Both the position numbers and the translations under genes were made by a program. Positions 12,987 through 26,243 of a DNA stretch of 64,000 nucleotides are shown here, one piece after another. Every line of letters starts with the position of its first letter. The first letter of the stretch is position 1. The notes under the pieces are model-generated. The model made no database searches. It had not been told where the DNA came from and saw only the letters and a program-made list of their open reading frames with translations. This DNA comes from Eledone cirrhosa (lineage: Eukaryota), in the NCBI GenBank assembly GCA_964016885.1, contig OZ024743.1, forward strand, positions 188,480,001 to 188,544,000, read 5' to 3'.

Positions 12987-14764
12987 ACCACATACATTAT
13001 CGTACAATCTTTTTCCTTTTGCTTATCTGTCTGTATCTCTCTTTTTGTTCCCCTTCAACCCACCAACTACTTCCCCACCCTTCCTCCTTTCCCTCACTTC
13101 CCATCTTTTCTCTCATCCTCCAATCTTTTCTTTACTACCCACTTTCAGTCTTTTGCTCTCTCTTATTGCTTCTCTCAATTGAAGAATTCAATGCATATCT
13201 ACAACTATTACATGTGCAGCAACATAAAGATAAACAACAAAATACAAAACAAAAAAGAGTTATTTCTAGTTTGTGCGTCTGCATTTGCAGTAGGAAAAAG
13301 ATAGTTTAGATTTCTGTGAAATTTAAGGCAATTTAGTTTATAAATATAGTGCGATGATCTTTTATTGGATTTCATCATCTCCAATTTTGTCATTTTGTCT
13401 TATTTTAGTTTATTTTGTATGTGTTGGGTCGGCTGGGGTGGGGGTGGATAACTGAATGAATGGATGGATGGATTTGGGAGGTGAGTATTAATTAAGAATC
13501 TGCTGTAAACGTTTGAGGTAATTCCATAGCAATGTTTATTTTTTTCCCATTTTTGTCTTTTGTTTGTTATTTGCCAAAGAATCAATAACTTTTCTAGAAA
13601 TTCTGCCACCATCATTTTCACCAAAGCAAGAACGATAATGATGGTGTGATGGTGAGCTTTTTTTCAGGTATGGGGGCTGATGGGAATCTGTGGAATTTGG
13701 TATGGAATGTGGAATATGGTGATGAGATAGAAATGATAGCATTGATGGAAACAGAAATGTTGATTTTGGTTGAAGAAGTTAACTGTGATGATGATGATTG
13801 GCACAATTACAATTGAGGTGATAATGCTATTGCTACTGCAATCCATGATGATAATTATGATTATAGTTATGATGAAAAGGAGGAGGAGGGGATGAAGGCA
13901 GAGAAGAAGAGAGTAAATAGAAACAATGACAATTGTGCTACTGAAGACAACAAAAATGAGGCCAATGCTAGCAGCTACAAATTTGATGAGTCTATCATCG
14001 AGAATATAAAGACTGATATTAATGATGCTGAGGATGAGGACGTTGTGGATAAATAGAAAGATCATAGTGATGGTGATGATATTGTTTATAACAATGATGA
14101 GGATGATGTTGGTGGTGATGATGATCATTATCATGACTAGGCTCATAGGAGAAATATGTCTGATGAAGCGTAATTTATTTCTTGGCACTTCTTTTGAATT
14201 ATTGAAAATAAGAAAAATACTATATAATTTTTGGATCTGAAATATCTGGAATGTTTATGTAAGAATACCTACAGTTTTGAAATCATAAACCTTATTGCAA
14301 AAAGTAAACAAATGTAAACACAATTTTGTGAAATATTTCACCTTTGGTTGGAAATCTAGTAGAATATAGGTCCTCTCATTTTCTGTCCACAGAGAAATAG
14401 ATAGCTTATAGTTTTTTATATCAAACACAAAGCAGATCTCAGCTTTGCCTTACGCTGCATTTTTTGTCAATGTTCTTAATTCACCAATTAGTTATTTAGG
14501 GTTGAAAAGCGGTTATATTCTTTATTATTTTATTGGTTTCAGTCAGGGATGTGAGAAGTGGAGAGATACTGTGATGAACAGGATCCTTCCAGCCCATGAA
14601 AACATGAAAAACAGAGGTAAAAATGATGATGATGATGATGATGATCTCTATTTGTTGAATTACTAAGATGCTGGATTTTATGATTATTTAATTATACCAT
14701 TATAGTAATGATAAGAAAGTGGAAATAGGAAGCAAAAAAGTAAATGAGTAAGAGCATTGAAGTC

Positions 14765-15050
14765 AGTAATTAACGCTGAACATTTACATCTATCTTGCTC
14801 AGAGCTACACTTGAAATTACATCTGTCTGATTTACATCGTCTCAGTCAGAATTACATATGGAATTACATGTCTCACTCTGAGTCACTCATAGATTTACAT
14901 TCCTTTCACTCTAAGTAACTTATATGTCTTTTGCATTTACATCTGTTCCACTCAAAGTCACTTATGGAACTAAATCTGTCTCTCTCTGAGTCACTCATAG
15001 AATTACATGTTTCATTCAGTTACATCTGTGTTACTCTGAGTCACTTATGA
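14765..15050. repeat. Degenerate minisatellite, ~33-bp unit
   Basis: Recurrent unit like 'ctctgagtcactcatagaattacatctgtct'. Confidence 0.7.
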
Positions 15051-15149
15051 AGTAATATGAGACTTAATTTCTTTATCTAAGATGTTGTTGTTACTAATGT
15101 TATATTAAGAGACAGTTCAACTGTGATGAAAGATCTTTATGATTAAAAT

Positions 15150-16370
15150 CATCCTAGCTGTGTCTATCTTGATTTTCTACTTTCACTGTTAGCTGCAAAA
15201 GGTTTTTCTCTCAAAATGAAAGGCAAATTGTATGTGTGTATATAAACAGCAATGTTGTATGGTAGACAGACTTGGATGCTGTATGTAGAGGATTGATGAA
15301 GATTGGAAAGCTTGCGTGCTCCAATGAATATGTAAGAGTAATATACATGAACAACAAAGCGTAAATGAACTGAGAGAGAGACTGGGGACAAGAGGGATCT
15401 GATGCAGTTTGCAAGAGAGGAGATTGCGGTGGCATGGACATGTGATGTGTATGAAGGATGACAGTGCAGGGCACTCAAAGGTGATGGAATCTATGGAAGA
15501 CTTGGGATGAGGTGGTAAAAGCTGACCTACACAATTGCACCTCTCAAAGCCAATGACGCAGGATCAAGATCTCTGGCATTATGCAATAATATAGAAAACC
15601 TGCATTCCTATGTGCATGGGTTGAAGCATACATCTAGGGGTTTCTAGTGTGCACCACCTCTTTCCCTCCTTCTTCCATGCACCTGCCACATCCCTAACAC
15701 TTTACTTTTCATCCGCATCATAATACTCCGCTCGTCACCAGCTATATGCCCCACCCTAGACCTATCTCTCCAGTCTACATTCTATATGCATACACCCCCC
15801 CATCCTTAGCACCCAGGTATACTGTTGAGTGGTCATCTTGGTTCCATGAAAAAAGTGCCTAGTGGACACTGTAAGGTGGTTGTGTTGGTGACACAAGCAA
15901 AAGCACCCAGTCCACACTGTAAAGTGGGTATGTTGGTGACACAAGCAAAAGCACCCAGTCCACACTGTAAAGTGGTTATGTTGGTGACACAAGAAAAAGC
16001 ACCCAGTCTACACTGTAAAGTGGTTATGTTGGTGACACAAGCAAAAGCACCCAGTCCACACTGTAAAGTGGTTATGTTGGTGACACAAGCAAAAGCACCC
16101 AGTCCACACTGTAAAGTGGTTATGTAGATATAACGACAAAAAGCACCCAGCCCACACTGTAAAGTGTAATGTAGGTGTCATGACAAAAAGCTCCCAGCAC
16201 ATACTGTAGATGTGGTTGGTGTTAGAAAGTGCATCCTGCCATAGGGACTAAGCCAAAAAGAGTTCTGTATGACCAAGAAACAGTCATCTGATCCAATTTG
16301 TCTCCCAATGGGATAACTCGTGTAACCCATACTAGTATGGAAAAATGGATGTTAAACAATGATGATGTAC
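15150..16370 (+). mobile_element. RTE LINE 3' end with 3' UTR
   Basis: 'aaaggtttttctctcaaaatgaaaggcaaattgtat' matches 29975 and 53839; ends in the family tail 'ggatgttaaacaatgatgat'. Confidence 0.85.
15855..16210 (+). repeat. 48-bp tandem repeat inside the RTE 3' UTR (about 7 units)
   Basis: Unit aagcacccagtccacactgtaaagtggttatgttggtgacacaagcaa starts at 15901, 15949, 15997 and onward. Confidence 0.9.
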
Positions 16371-16639
16371 AGGGAATCAAGTGCAAATTAATACCACACA
16401 TCTTTTTCTAGCTGAAAGAGATTTGGCTGATATTTCTAGTAAGTTGAATGACCACATACTACATAGATGTACAATTTGAAATAAGGCTGTGATTCAGCAG
16501 AGTCGGTATGGTGCCAAATAGAATGCATTGCAATATTTATTTCATCTCAATGCACAGGGTTCAAATCCCAACTAAATCAATTTTGCCTTTCATCATTTTG
16601 AGGCCAATAAATAAAGTCTCCTTCCTCACATCTTTCACC

Positions 16640-17275
16640 AACCCCTATTTTTGGAGGCATTTCTACAAAGTTTAATGAGACAAATCTACAACTTCTCAAG
16701 AAGCTAATACAATTCCAATAAACTGCAAGTATCATTTCCTTGTTAATTGACAAGCCTGATCTCTTCTGCAATAATATTCTCAAGAGGAAGTTTCAACAAT
16801 TTACAGAATTGTCTTCAATTAAAGATGATATAACTGCGGAGGAGCTAGCAAAAGTTCAGTTGTCACTTAAATCAACTTAAATTAGACATGGAAAAGATAT
16901 TCTAAATTTGAGTATATATGAGTGAATGGTGGACCCTGTAAATTATGCTTAGACTAATGTCACATGCCATGAAGAACCTTTAGAACTCATACAGTAGCAA
17001 CAAAGCAAAGCTAACTTTAATAGTAGTGGGTACCAACATTTGCAGCAAATAATATTTTCCTTCTATCCAACGTGAGGAAAATGGTTTCTAATTTACTGCT
17101 ACATTCCTTACTTTATATTTTGTACAATCTGGCTTCTGTGTGTGAGTTATATTCTTGTAAAACAGAGAAATTGTGTGAAAATCTCGAAAAGGGGAGGCCG
17201 TTTGTTCTTAACAAAATTCAAATTAGATATGAAAATGTAAATTTCTCAGCATCAAGCACAAGAATCTTATTAAGT
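16640..17275 (+). mobile_element. hAT (Charlie/Buster-like) transposase C-terminal relic
   Basis: Degenerate peptides ...RKFQQFTEL..., xMVDP, FPSIQREENGF (resembles FPSxYLxExGFS) and RLFLTKFKLDM...SQHQAQESY* (resembles the hAT dimerisation-domain C-terminus). Confidence 0.6.
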
Positions 17276-18895
17276 AAGGTAAGTACAAGATAAACTTGTC
17301 TTGTTTGATTAATGCTGGGTTCATCATTGTCATCATCATTTAACACCTATTTTCCTTGCTCGAAACAGTGAGAGGAGTTGTGACAGACAGAATCAGTATT
17401 CAAACGGGGCTACTGACCTCTCAGAACAGCCAGGAGACTGCATCTCATTTATTTATGTTCTGACAGTCTATCAAGTATATTTTATCATGGTACCAGCACT
17501 AGTGAGATTGTCATGTCTTTGACACTACTGAAGAGTCCTCCCAACCATTTGTTTGACAGGTTAATGAACTACTGTCTCATGCAAGGAATGTTATTTTTCC
17601 TCTTTATTGTGGACAGTATAAAAGTGACATAAAAGTGATTAAATGTAGGCACTGGTTATAAAAAAGGGATGGGGACAGGCCTAGGGAAACAGGCCTAAGT
17701 TCAACTGACTATTTGTCAATGACAGTGCTTTGTTGGTGATCAGATATGAAGTAAAGGCATTTAACCAAATTGTTCTACATTTCATTGTCTCAGATAGCTG
17801 CAACGTTTTTTGTTTTATAAAATGTTTTTTATTACATTACTGACTTTAAACATTTGAAAGGGTTTAGTAGAACATATCAATCCAAACACTTACTTTTAAG
17901 TCTAGTACTTATTTTTCGATCACTATTTGTTGCATTGCTAAGTTACATATGGAAACTACAAAAAGAGCATTTTGTAAAGAAAAGTATTAACATAAAGACA
18001 GTGACATAGACAAGCACACACACTCACACACATACATATACAAGTTTCCATCTAGCATATTTCACTTACAAGACATTGGTCAGGTCAAGGCTGCAATAAA
18101 ATATATTTGCTCAAAGTGCCAGACAGAGGAACTGAATCTGAAAGCACATGGTTGTGAAGCAAACCGCTTGATAACACAATCATCCCCCCACCAGATTTGA
18201 AAGAATTCTTTAAGGGGAGATGAAATGTTTTGACATTCATGGCTTTTTACAATAAACATTTTATAAACCTATAAAGTGAATAAGGTTACAAAATTAGATC
18301 AGACATGAGCACAAATTTAATTCTTTGTGAACTTACTTCCTTGCCTAGTTAACAAAATAGTGAGAGTGCAAGTGTGTGTATGTGAATGTGTGTGTGTGAC
18401 TATGTGTGTGAATGTGTGTCCGTGATTCTGTGTTTCCAAGGTAACATAGATAGATGAAAAGAAATCGGTTCTCATTCAAAAGAGCTGTTACTAACAAAAC
18501 TTAAAAGATCAAAGGGGATATCTCTGTGAAATGCTTATACAGTTCAGGGAAGATATACAAGTTAGAGAGGGTGTAATCTTAGACAATAGATTTCTTAACA
18601 TCACTGTTATCTATAAGTGAGTGTGTATCTGAGTATCCATATCGATGTGTATATCTGTGAGAATAGATAAAGAAAGTATTGTGGAGCTAAGCCCCCAGTG
18701 AGTCCAAACAATGTTACTGTTTCAAACCATGGTTGTATATGTCTTATTTTACTTATATTCCTTTAATTCTGGAAAATAAAAGAATTACATGAACAGAATA
18801 ACTAATTCTCTGCTTATTTCAGGCAAATTGCCAATCTATGAATATACAGCCATATAAAGTCTAGATCACATAAACACATTCACAGATACACACAA

Positions 18896-18992
<97 letters not shown>

Positions 18993-19013
18993 GTATAAAA
19001 ATAATACAATATA

Positions 19014-19091
19014 ATTACCTCATTACCAGAGGTTTCCCGAATGAGGCGAATACGAAAGAAACGTCTTCATTCGTTCGTCAGACGAGGCAAT
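19014..19091 (-). ncRNA. Type I hammerhead ribozyme in the PLE 3' end
   Basis: attgcctcgt CTGACGA acgaatga...tcattcgg GAAA cc-tct-gg TA atgaggtaat: 10-bp stem I including GU pairs, GUA cleavage triplet. Confidence 0.8.
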
Positions 19092-19842
19092 ATAAAACAT
19101 GGGTAAATACTTAGAAAAACTCATCAAGAAAATCAGAAAAAGATATAGACAAATGAATTTGAAATTGAAATATATAAAAATCTATCAAGAAATATAGTTA
19201 GGTGTGTGTATATGTATGTATATACGCTCAAAGATGTGCATATATGTGTATGCACATATGTATACGTATAGTGAAAAAGTGTGTGTAAATCTAAAATTTA
19301 GGGCAAATGTATGTCTGTAATCTACAGACAGAATAGTTACATCATAAGTATATGAATATGAAGGCATAAACACACCTACACACACGTACACTTAGATGCG
19401 GAAGTAAAAGAGGTAAGGGAGTGTAATAATTAAAGGAAAGTATCAATCTCGATATATTTATAAAAATGTAACAATAAATTAGAAAGAAAAAATTTTAGAA
19501 AGAAAAAATTAAAGAAAAGAAGACAAAAAAAGGGTACATACATAAACAGACACGCATGTCTCACAAAAGAAACGCAAAAATATACATGCTTATATACACA
19601 CGCGCACTTACACATCCATACGTTCAATACGTACATACACACACACACACACACACACATACTTACACTCACGCATATTGACCTGTTTGCATGCACACGC
19701 ATAAAAATGAGTAAGTAAAAAAAGGGGGGTAGAAGAAAAAAGGAACATAACATAAAACCGAGATGTCTAAAACACGGATATAAAGACACATACACATACG
19801 CATAATATATACATACACACACACACACACATATACACACAT

Positions 19843-19873
<31 letters not shown>

Positions 19874-20055
19874 CATACACGCACGCGCGCGCACATACGT
19901 AGTCACTCATGTACATATATAAAAGTATACACACATTAAGGCGTTCAGCCATATTGATACAGGGTGTAAAAAACTTGTGGATAAGTAAGTACAAATATAA
20001 AATTGTAAGATTGGCTGCGGTAATTAAGGGTAATTAAAAAGAGAATAATAAGAGT

Positions 20056-21326
20056 TTATGGAGGATAAGTATCTGAAAGTGTGTTAAGTTTATATGAGCT
20101 GGAAAGCAGGTGTGATTTCATGTGTGGGCAACTGGTGAAAATTTCCGTCTTTGTGTTCAGGCAGGTCTTTGATGATTTTAAATTTTGCAATATCCAATAT
20201 TTTTCATTTATGCAGAGCGTGCATTTTTTTGTTCCTCTAGCATATTCTTTAGATTGGTTCAAAATTGACCAATCTAATTTATATTGGATGCCTTGGTCTT
20301 TCAAATCCCAAATTCTGCTAGCCAGAGCTGTTGTAAATCTTTTTTCTGGATGTCGAAAGGATGCGACATGTGAGTAATAACGCGTTTTGAATTTGTCTTG
20401 CGTCATACCCACATATCGTTCACTGGTGGCTGGATGGTTGTTGCTGATGGTTGTCACTTTAGCCGCATATACAATGGCTTTGGTGTTGCATTTACCTTGT
20501 AATGGGCATTCACTTTTGATTCTACAGGAGCAAGTTTGATTTTCTCTAGGTGGTATTTTGTTGAGGATATAGGACTTAATAGGGGGACCGCAGGAATAGC
20601 TAATTTTAACACAGTTTCTGTTAAAGATCTTATAGTATCTATGTGTTCTAGGGAAATGTTTATCTAGGAGCTCAAGGAATTTTTTGCCTACATTAGTTTT
20701 AACTGCTAGAGAGTAGGGGGGTGTGAACCAGATTATTTTTCTTTTCCTATTTTTATGTTTAATAGAGTTAGTATAGTTAGGTATGTATTTAATCGGTTCG
20801 CTAAAACCGCTATTTTGGAGGGCTTTATTATAGTAGGGGGATGCCTTATTAAAAATAGCTCCCGAGGAAGAGAGGGTGGAGATCCTACGGCTAATATTAG
20901 GGATAAGGTTTTTAAAAACTATAGGTGGATGGCAAGATCCTTTATTTATATATTTTAAGTTTTCATTAGGTTTATGGTATGGTTTATAAGAAGCAGTAGG
21001 CAAATCTAGGTTTATATCTAGGAAATCTACGTTGGAAAGGTTAGTGTCAATAGTAATTTTAAGATTAAAACTAGCGAAGGTTTTTATTAAGTCTTTCCTT
21101 AATCTATCTAAGTTATGGCCTATGGTGGTATGGGAAAGTATTAGACCGTCGTCGCGATAAAGCCCAAAAATATGGTTAGGACATTTTTCTTTAAGTGTAT
21201 GTAAGAGGAATAGGCCGACCAGATCACAAACATCGGCACTGTCGTAAGAGCCCATTGAGACATCGAATGGGTTCTCTGGGTTAGATATTTTTACCCAAGT
21301 GTCATTATCATTAAAAAGTAGAGTGT
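20056..21326 (-). CDS. Penelope-like RT C-terminal half + Cys-rich linker + GIY-YIG endonuclease (5'-truncated, no internal stops)
   Basis: MGSYDSADVCDLVG, LYRDDGL, FLDINLDL, WFTPPYS, CSCRIKSECPLQGKC, AIVYAAKV...YVGMT...FKTRYYSH, CTLCINEK, CPH. Confidence 0.92.
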
Positions 21327-21446
21327 TCCTAGCATGCACTCTACTTTTTAATGATAATGACACTTGGGTACACTCTACTTTATACTAGCATACACTCTAG
21401 CATACACTCTACTTTTTAATGATAATGACACTTGGGTAAACATATC

Positions 21447-21708
21447 TAGAATTTGGGATTTGAAAGACCAAGGCATCCAATATAAATTAGATTGGTCAAT
21501 TTTGAACCAATCTAAAGAATATGCTAGAGGAACAAGAAAATGCACGCTCTGCATAAATGAAAAATATTGGATATTGCAAAATCTAAAATCACCAAAGACC
21601 TGCCTGAACACAAAGACGGAAATTTTCACCAGTTGCCCACACATGAAATCACACCTGCTTTCCAGCTCATATAAACTTAACACACTTTCAGATACTTATC
21701 CTCCATAA
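21447..21708 (+). pseudogene. Inverted duplicate of the PLE endonuclease C-terminus
   Basis: SRIWDLKDQG...DTYPP, two amino-acid differences from the minus-strand ORF. Confidence 0.9.
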
Positions 21709-22109
21709 ACTCTTATTATTCTCTTTTTAATTACCCTTTCTGACTTACTTTCATTTTTATCCTTGTCAATAATTTCATTTATTTTTATTCTTATATTTTT
21801 TTATTTTTACTTCACCCCCCCCCCCCCCTTTATTCTCCGATTCACTTTCCATTTTTTACTTCCCCCTATTTTTACTTCCCTTTTTCCTCCACTAACTGAT
21901 TACACATGTCTTTTGTGTTTTTCAAACCAGATATATTTTCATTTTTATTTTTACTTTTTTATTTTTGCGCAGCCAATCTTACAATTTTATATTTGTACTT
22001 ACTTATCCACAAGTTTTTTACACCCTGTATCAATATGGCTGAACGCCTTAATGTGTGTATACTTTTATATATGTACATGAGTGACTACGTATGTGCGCGC
22101 GCGTGCGTG

Positions 22110-22156
<47 letters not shown>

Positions 22157-22879
22157 ATGTATATATTATGCGTATGTGTATGTGTCTTTATATCCGTGTT
22201 TTAGACATCTCGGTTTTATGTTATGTTCCTTTTTTCTTCTACCCCCCTTTTTTTACTTACTCATTTTTATGCGTGTGCATGCAAACAGGTCAATATGCGT
22301 GAGTGTAAGTATGTGTGTGTGTGTGTGTGTGTGTATGTACGTATTGAACGTATGGATGTGTAAGTGCGCGTGTGTATATAAGCATGTATATTTTTGCGTT
22401 TCTTTTGTGAGACATGCGTGTCTGTTTATGTATGTACCCTTTTTTTGTCTTCTTTTCTTTAATTTTTTCTTTCTAAAATTTTTTCTTTCTAATTTATTGT
22501 TACATTTTTATAAATATATCGAGATTGATACTTTCCTTTAATTATTACACTCCCTTACCTCTTTTACTTCCGCATCTAAGTGTACGTGTGTGTAGGTGTG
22601 TTTATGCCTTCATATTCATATACTTATGATGTAACTATTCTGTCTGTAGATTACAGACATACATTTGCCCTAAATTTTAGATTTACACACACTTTTTCAC
22701 TATACGTATACATATGTGCATACACATATATGCACATCTTTGAGCGTATATACATACATATACACACACCTAACTATATTTCTTGATAGATTTTTATATA
22801 TTTCAATTTCAAATTCATTTGTCTATATCTTTTTCTGATTTTCTTGATGAGTTTTTCTAAGTATTTACCCATGTTTTAT

Positions 22880-22957
22880 ATTGCCTCGTCTGACGAACGA
22901 ATGAAGACGTTTCTTTCGTATTCGCCTCATTCGGGAAACCTCTGGTAATGAGATAAT
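22880..22957 (+). ncRNA. Type I hammerhead ribozyme (mirror copy)
   Basis: Same as 19014-19091, with one stem I mismatch (atgagataat). Confidence 0.78.
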
Positions 22958-23099
22958 TATATTGTATTGATTTTTATATATTAAATTTTGCTCTGATACT
23001 TACATAGAGCACTCTTCACTTCTATGACCTTTTCTGTTTCCAACGGAAATTTCAATACATATATATATATATATACCAACACATCCCTATATAAATATG

Positions 23100-23139
<40 letters not shown>

Positions 23140-23959
23140 TAGATAGATAGATAGATAGCAGGTTTGTGTATATGTATATATATGTATATATGCAAGCAAG
23201 GAAAACCAGACACTCCACGATATACTACCAAGTGCAACTCACTCACTTTAAGTCTCCCTCCCCATTACATCCCACTTGTTCTCCAACTGTCAGACACCAC
23301 TCTCTCCCTTAGCAATCAACATATAGTTGACCCTTGCTCTCTCATCATACTCTATTCACTACCTCACCAGCTGGCCTAAGGACACACAGAACACCCAAAT
23401 ATCATAATTATATAGCACTGGTGACATGATAAAGCAAAGAGGTAGTTCAGGCTCTATGACAAAAAGTACCCAATCTCCTATTAGGTGGTAGAGCTGGTGC
23501 ATTGAAAACACACCCAGTACATGCTGTGAAGTGGTTGGCATTAGGAAGGGCATCCAGTGATAGAAAACCTATACAAAAATGGTACATACAAGCAATATGC
23601 AATCACTGACCTGTCTGGCTCATAACATGACAATCCATCTAACCCTTGCAAGCAGGGAAAAATAGACATTATATGGTGGTGGTAGTCCTGCTGCTGATGA
23701 TGATGATATACATATCTATATATATCATTACCATCAATATATATATGCTCTGGTGCTTACCTACCTCTCTCTCTCCCCTTCTCATACTTAGATTCTCTAT
23801 TTGTCTCTCTCTTCAATGCATGCATTCCCAATCAATTTTCATTTCATTTCATTTTCAAGTTTTGCTGGGCTCCTTTGCAAGGAAATCAAAATATTCATAA
23901 AGCAAAGATAAACTAAGACTTTCATTTTCACATTATTTTATTTTCTCAGTTAGCTATTA

Positions 23960-24700
23960 GTGATCAATTGTAACATTTCATTAATATCCTTTGGGCTGGA
24001 CTGAGTAAAGAACAGATACACCATTTCTTTCAGGAACATTTATGGACAAATTCAGTTACAGATGACAAAGACCTCATCAGCTTAATAGGCAACTTCAATG
24101 GACATGTTAGATATCACAAATATGATTACACCAGAATACAAGGTGGTATGGCTTGAGAAATAAAGAGAGAATGATCTAGAATTCTGTGATACAAGTGCAC
24201 TAACCATTTGCAAGGAAAAGGTTGATGTTCTAGAAAGGAACAACTACAGAGGAATAAAATTAATGGACCAAGTTCTGAAAGAAATGAAAAGTGTTCTAGC
24301 ACAATTAATTATGGAAAGAATCAAATTAGTTGTGATGCAGTTTAGTTTTGTGCCAGATGTTCTTTTCCTAGTGAAATAACTACAAGAGAAATTCCTAAGT
24401 ATGAAGAAGCCACTATATTTCACTTTTGTTGAAGGCCTTTAACAAATTACCACAATGTTATCTGGTGGTAATTTAAGGATACTAGGTGTAGAAGAATGGC
24501 TTGTTATTGCTTATAGCAAACACTCTTCTATTTCTCCTCATCATCCTTTTCTCCATGTTCATCCTTGAGTGGCTTTATATCCTTGTTATGTGGCGAACTC
24601 TTTAGTACATGAAATGAGAGTATTAAGAGAGTATAGTATAGAGTTCAAGGTACAGTTAGGAGTGCATCAGAACTTGGTCCTCAGCCCACTTTATTATAGT
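23960..24700 (+). mobile_element. Degraded RTE LINE fragments
   Basis: 'aactacagaggaataaaattaatggaccaagtt' and VQLGVHQNLVLSPL, homologous to 52870-53280. Confidence 0.75.
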
Positions 24701-25445
24701 TCTTTAAGCCATATTGATCTCTTTAATGGCTCTTTTGACATCAGTCTCTGAGGGGTTAGTTATTGCCCTCAGGGGCATTCCTTTTACATCAGAAGATGCT
24801 GTTGGACTGGGTTTAGCAGATCAGCAATGAATTCTCTCTATTTGTCAAGGATGCAGCTCTCTGAAGAGAGGAAAAGCCCAGCCATATTTTTGATAGCAGA
24901 GGTGGAGTGGGACTTCTTATTATGAAGACAACATTTGATCTACCAGAATATTTTATTTGCTGATCTGAGGTCGGATTCCAGCTTAACTCCAAAATCTTCC
25001 TTTGTATGCCTTACACATGTATTGTCTCTGCTGCAACTTTTTGCACCTGTTTGTACCACAAGTCCAAGAAGGAGGACTTATTTCCAAGCCAGGCTTTCTA
25101 AGCCTCCTTGTTTGCTTGATAGCATCTTTGACAACTTGATTGAATCAAGGAGTCCTCCTGCAACCTAGGACTACACCAACCCACTTTTGCATTTAATAGC
25201 TGAAGCAGAAAGTGTTGACCTGAACAGCCTCCACTCTGTTTCAATATCCTTAGTTTGCTCAGGGAGTTCTCTGAATTTGGATGCAATAGTATCTGCAAAC
25301 CTATTCATGACTTTCTTATCTGCCAGCACTTCCTGCTTTATCCAGTAGGTTGAGCTGGGCTTTTTGGTTGTAGGTAGTTTTATGTTGCAGATAACTAAAT
25401 GGTGATCAGTTGACAGCTGAGCCACACTCTTAACATGAACAACCA
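24700..25445 (-). mobile_element. Degraded RTE-like LINE (second family)
   Basis: LSTDHHLVIC and ETEWRLFRS motifs; homologous to 49500-49900. Confidence 0.7.
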
Positions 25446-25455
25446 TTACACACAA

Positions 25456-25500
<45 letters not shown>

Positions 25501-26243
25501 CACATATAATATATATATGTATATATTTATTATGTAAACATTTTGGGATGTTTACATACAATTGAATTATGTCTGTAGATCATTTTATTTTTGGGAAAGG
25601 CTGTGCATTCTAATAAATATTGCCTATACAGGTAATCAAAGTGTGCATACATTTTTTGGCGACACTCTCTCTCTCTACATATATATCAATTTATCTTGCT
25701 TTATACTATAGCTAATGTAAGTTTTAAAGACAGCAGAATAAAGCAGTGAGATATTTCTTAATTATTTAATGCTATGCCTGTGATCTATATCTTATATTAC
25801 AGTTAATGTCTTTGTAGAAGTGCTCTAAGTCTAGACATATATTTTGACTATCAACCCATCAGTTGGTAGTTTGATTTCATATCAATTTGACTTTCAGAAA
25901 ATGGTAAGATTATAAATCAGATTTTTGTCTGCAATCCATTAAGTTTACATGTCTATCTTACATTAAGAAGAATTGAACCAACTGTTTTCTTTTTTAGCTA
26001 CTATGCATTTAAGACCTCAGATAATATCTGCATTAGAATGTATTTAAAACTAAGTATGATTGTGGATTTCTTCAAGATATTTCCTGTATGTTAAGTTATA
26101 CCAATTCTGGATGTCTGAATTGCCACAAAGGTGATGTCATTATTATCTAACCATTCCATTCTAACATATTTACATATTTGACTGGAAATAATTTAGTAAA
26201 TACCCCATACAAGCACACACACACATATATATATATATATATA

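Larger units (their letters stand above)
18991..22980. mobile_element. Penelope-like retroelement (Naiad-type), 5'-truncated, with inverted duplication of its 3' end (~4-kb palindrome)
   Basis: Minus-strand RT+GIY-YIG ORF. Arms about 18991-20320 and 21447-22980 are near-identical inverted copies; left end abuts (TA)n. Confidence 0.92.

Noticed and set aside
13664-14188. 174-aa Ile-rich membrane-protein-like ORF
   Set aside because: Arises from (ATC)n-like low complexity and has a non-ATG start.
15825-16202. Repetitive ORFs (VTQAKAPSPHCK..., CHQHNHFTVW...) or a CRISPR-like array
   Set aside because: Translation of a 48-bp tandem repeat in a LINE UTR; there are no unique spacers.
19185-19994. 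ORFs rich in YI/CV/HT dipeptides (here and throughout the window)
   Set aside because: Translations of (TA)n/(TG)n microsatellites.
20056-22980. Selenoprotein/SECIS feature reported for some Naiad PLEs
   Set aside because: The visible ORF has no in-frame TGA at Cys positions and no SECIS was recognised.
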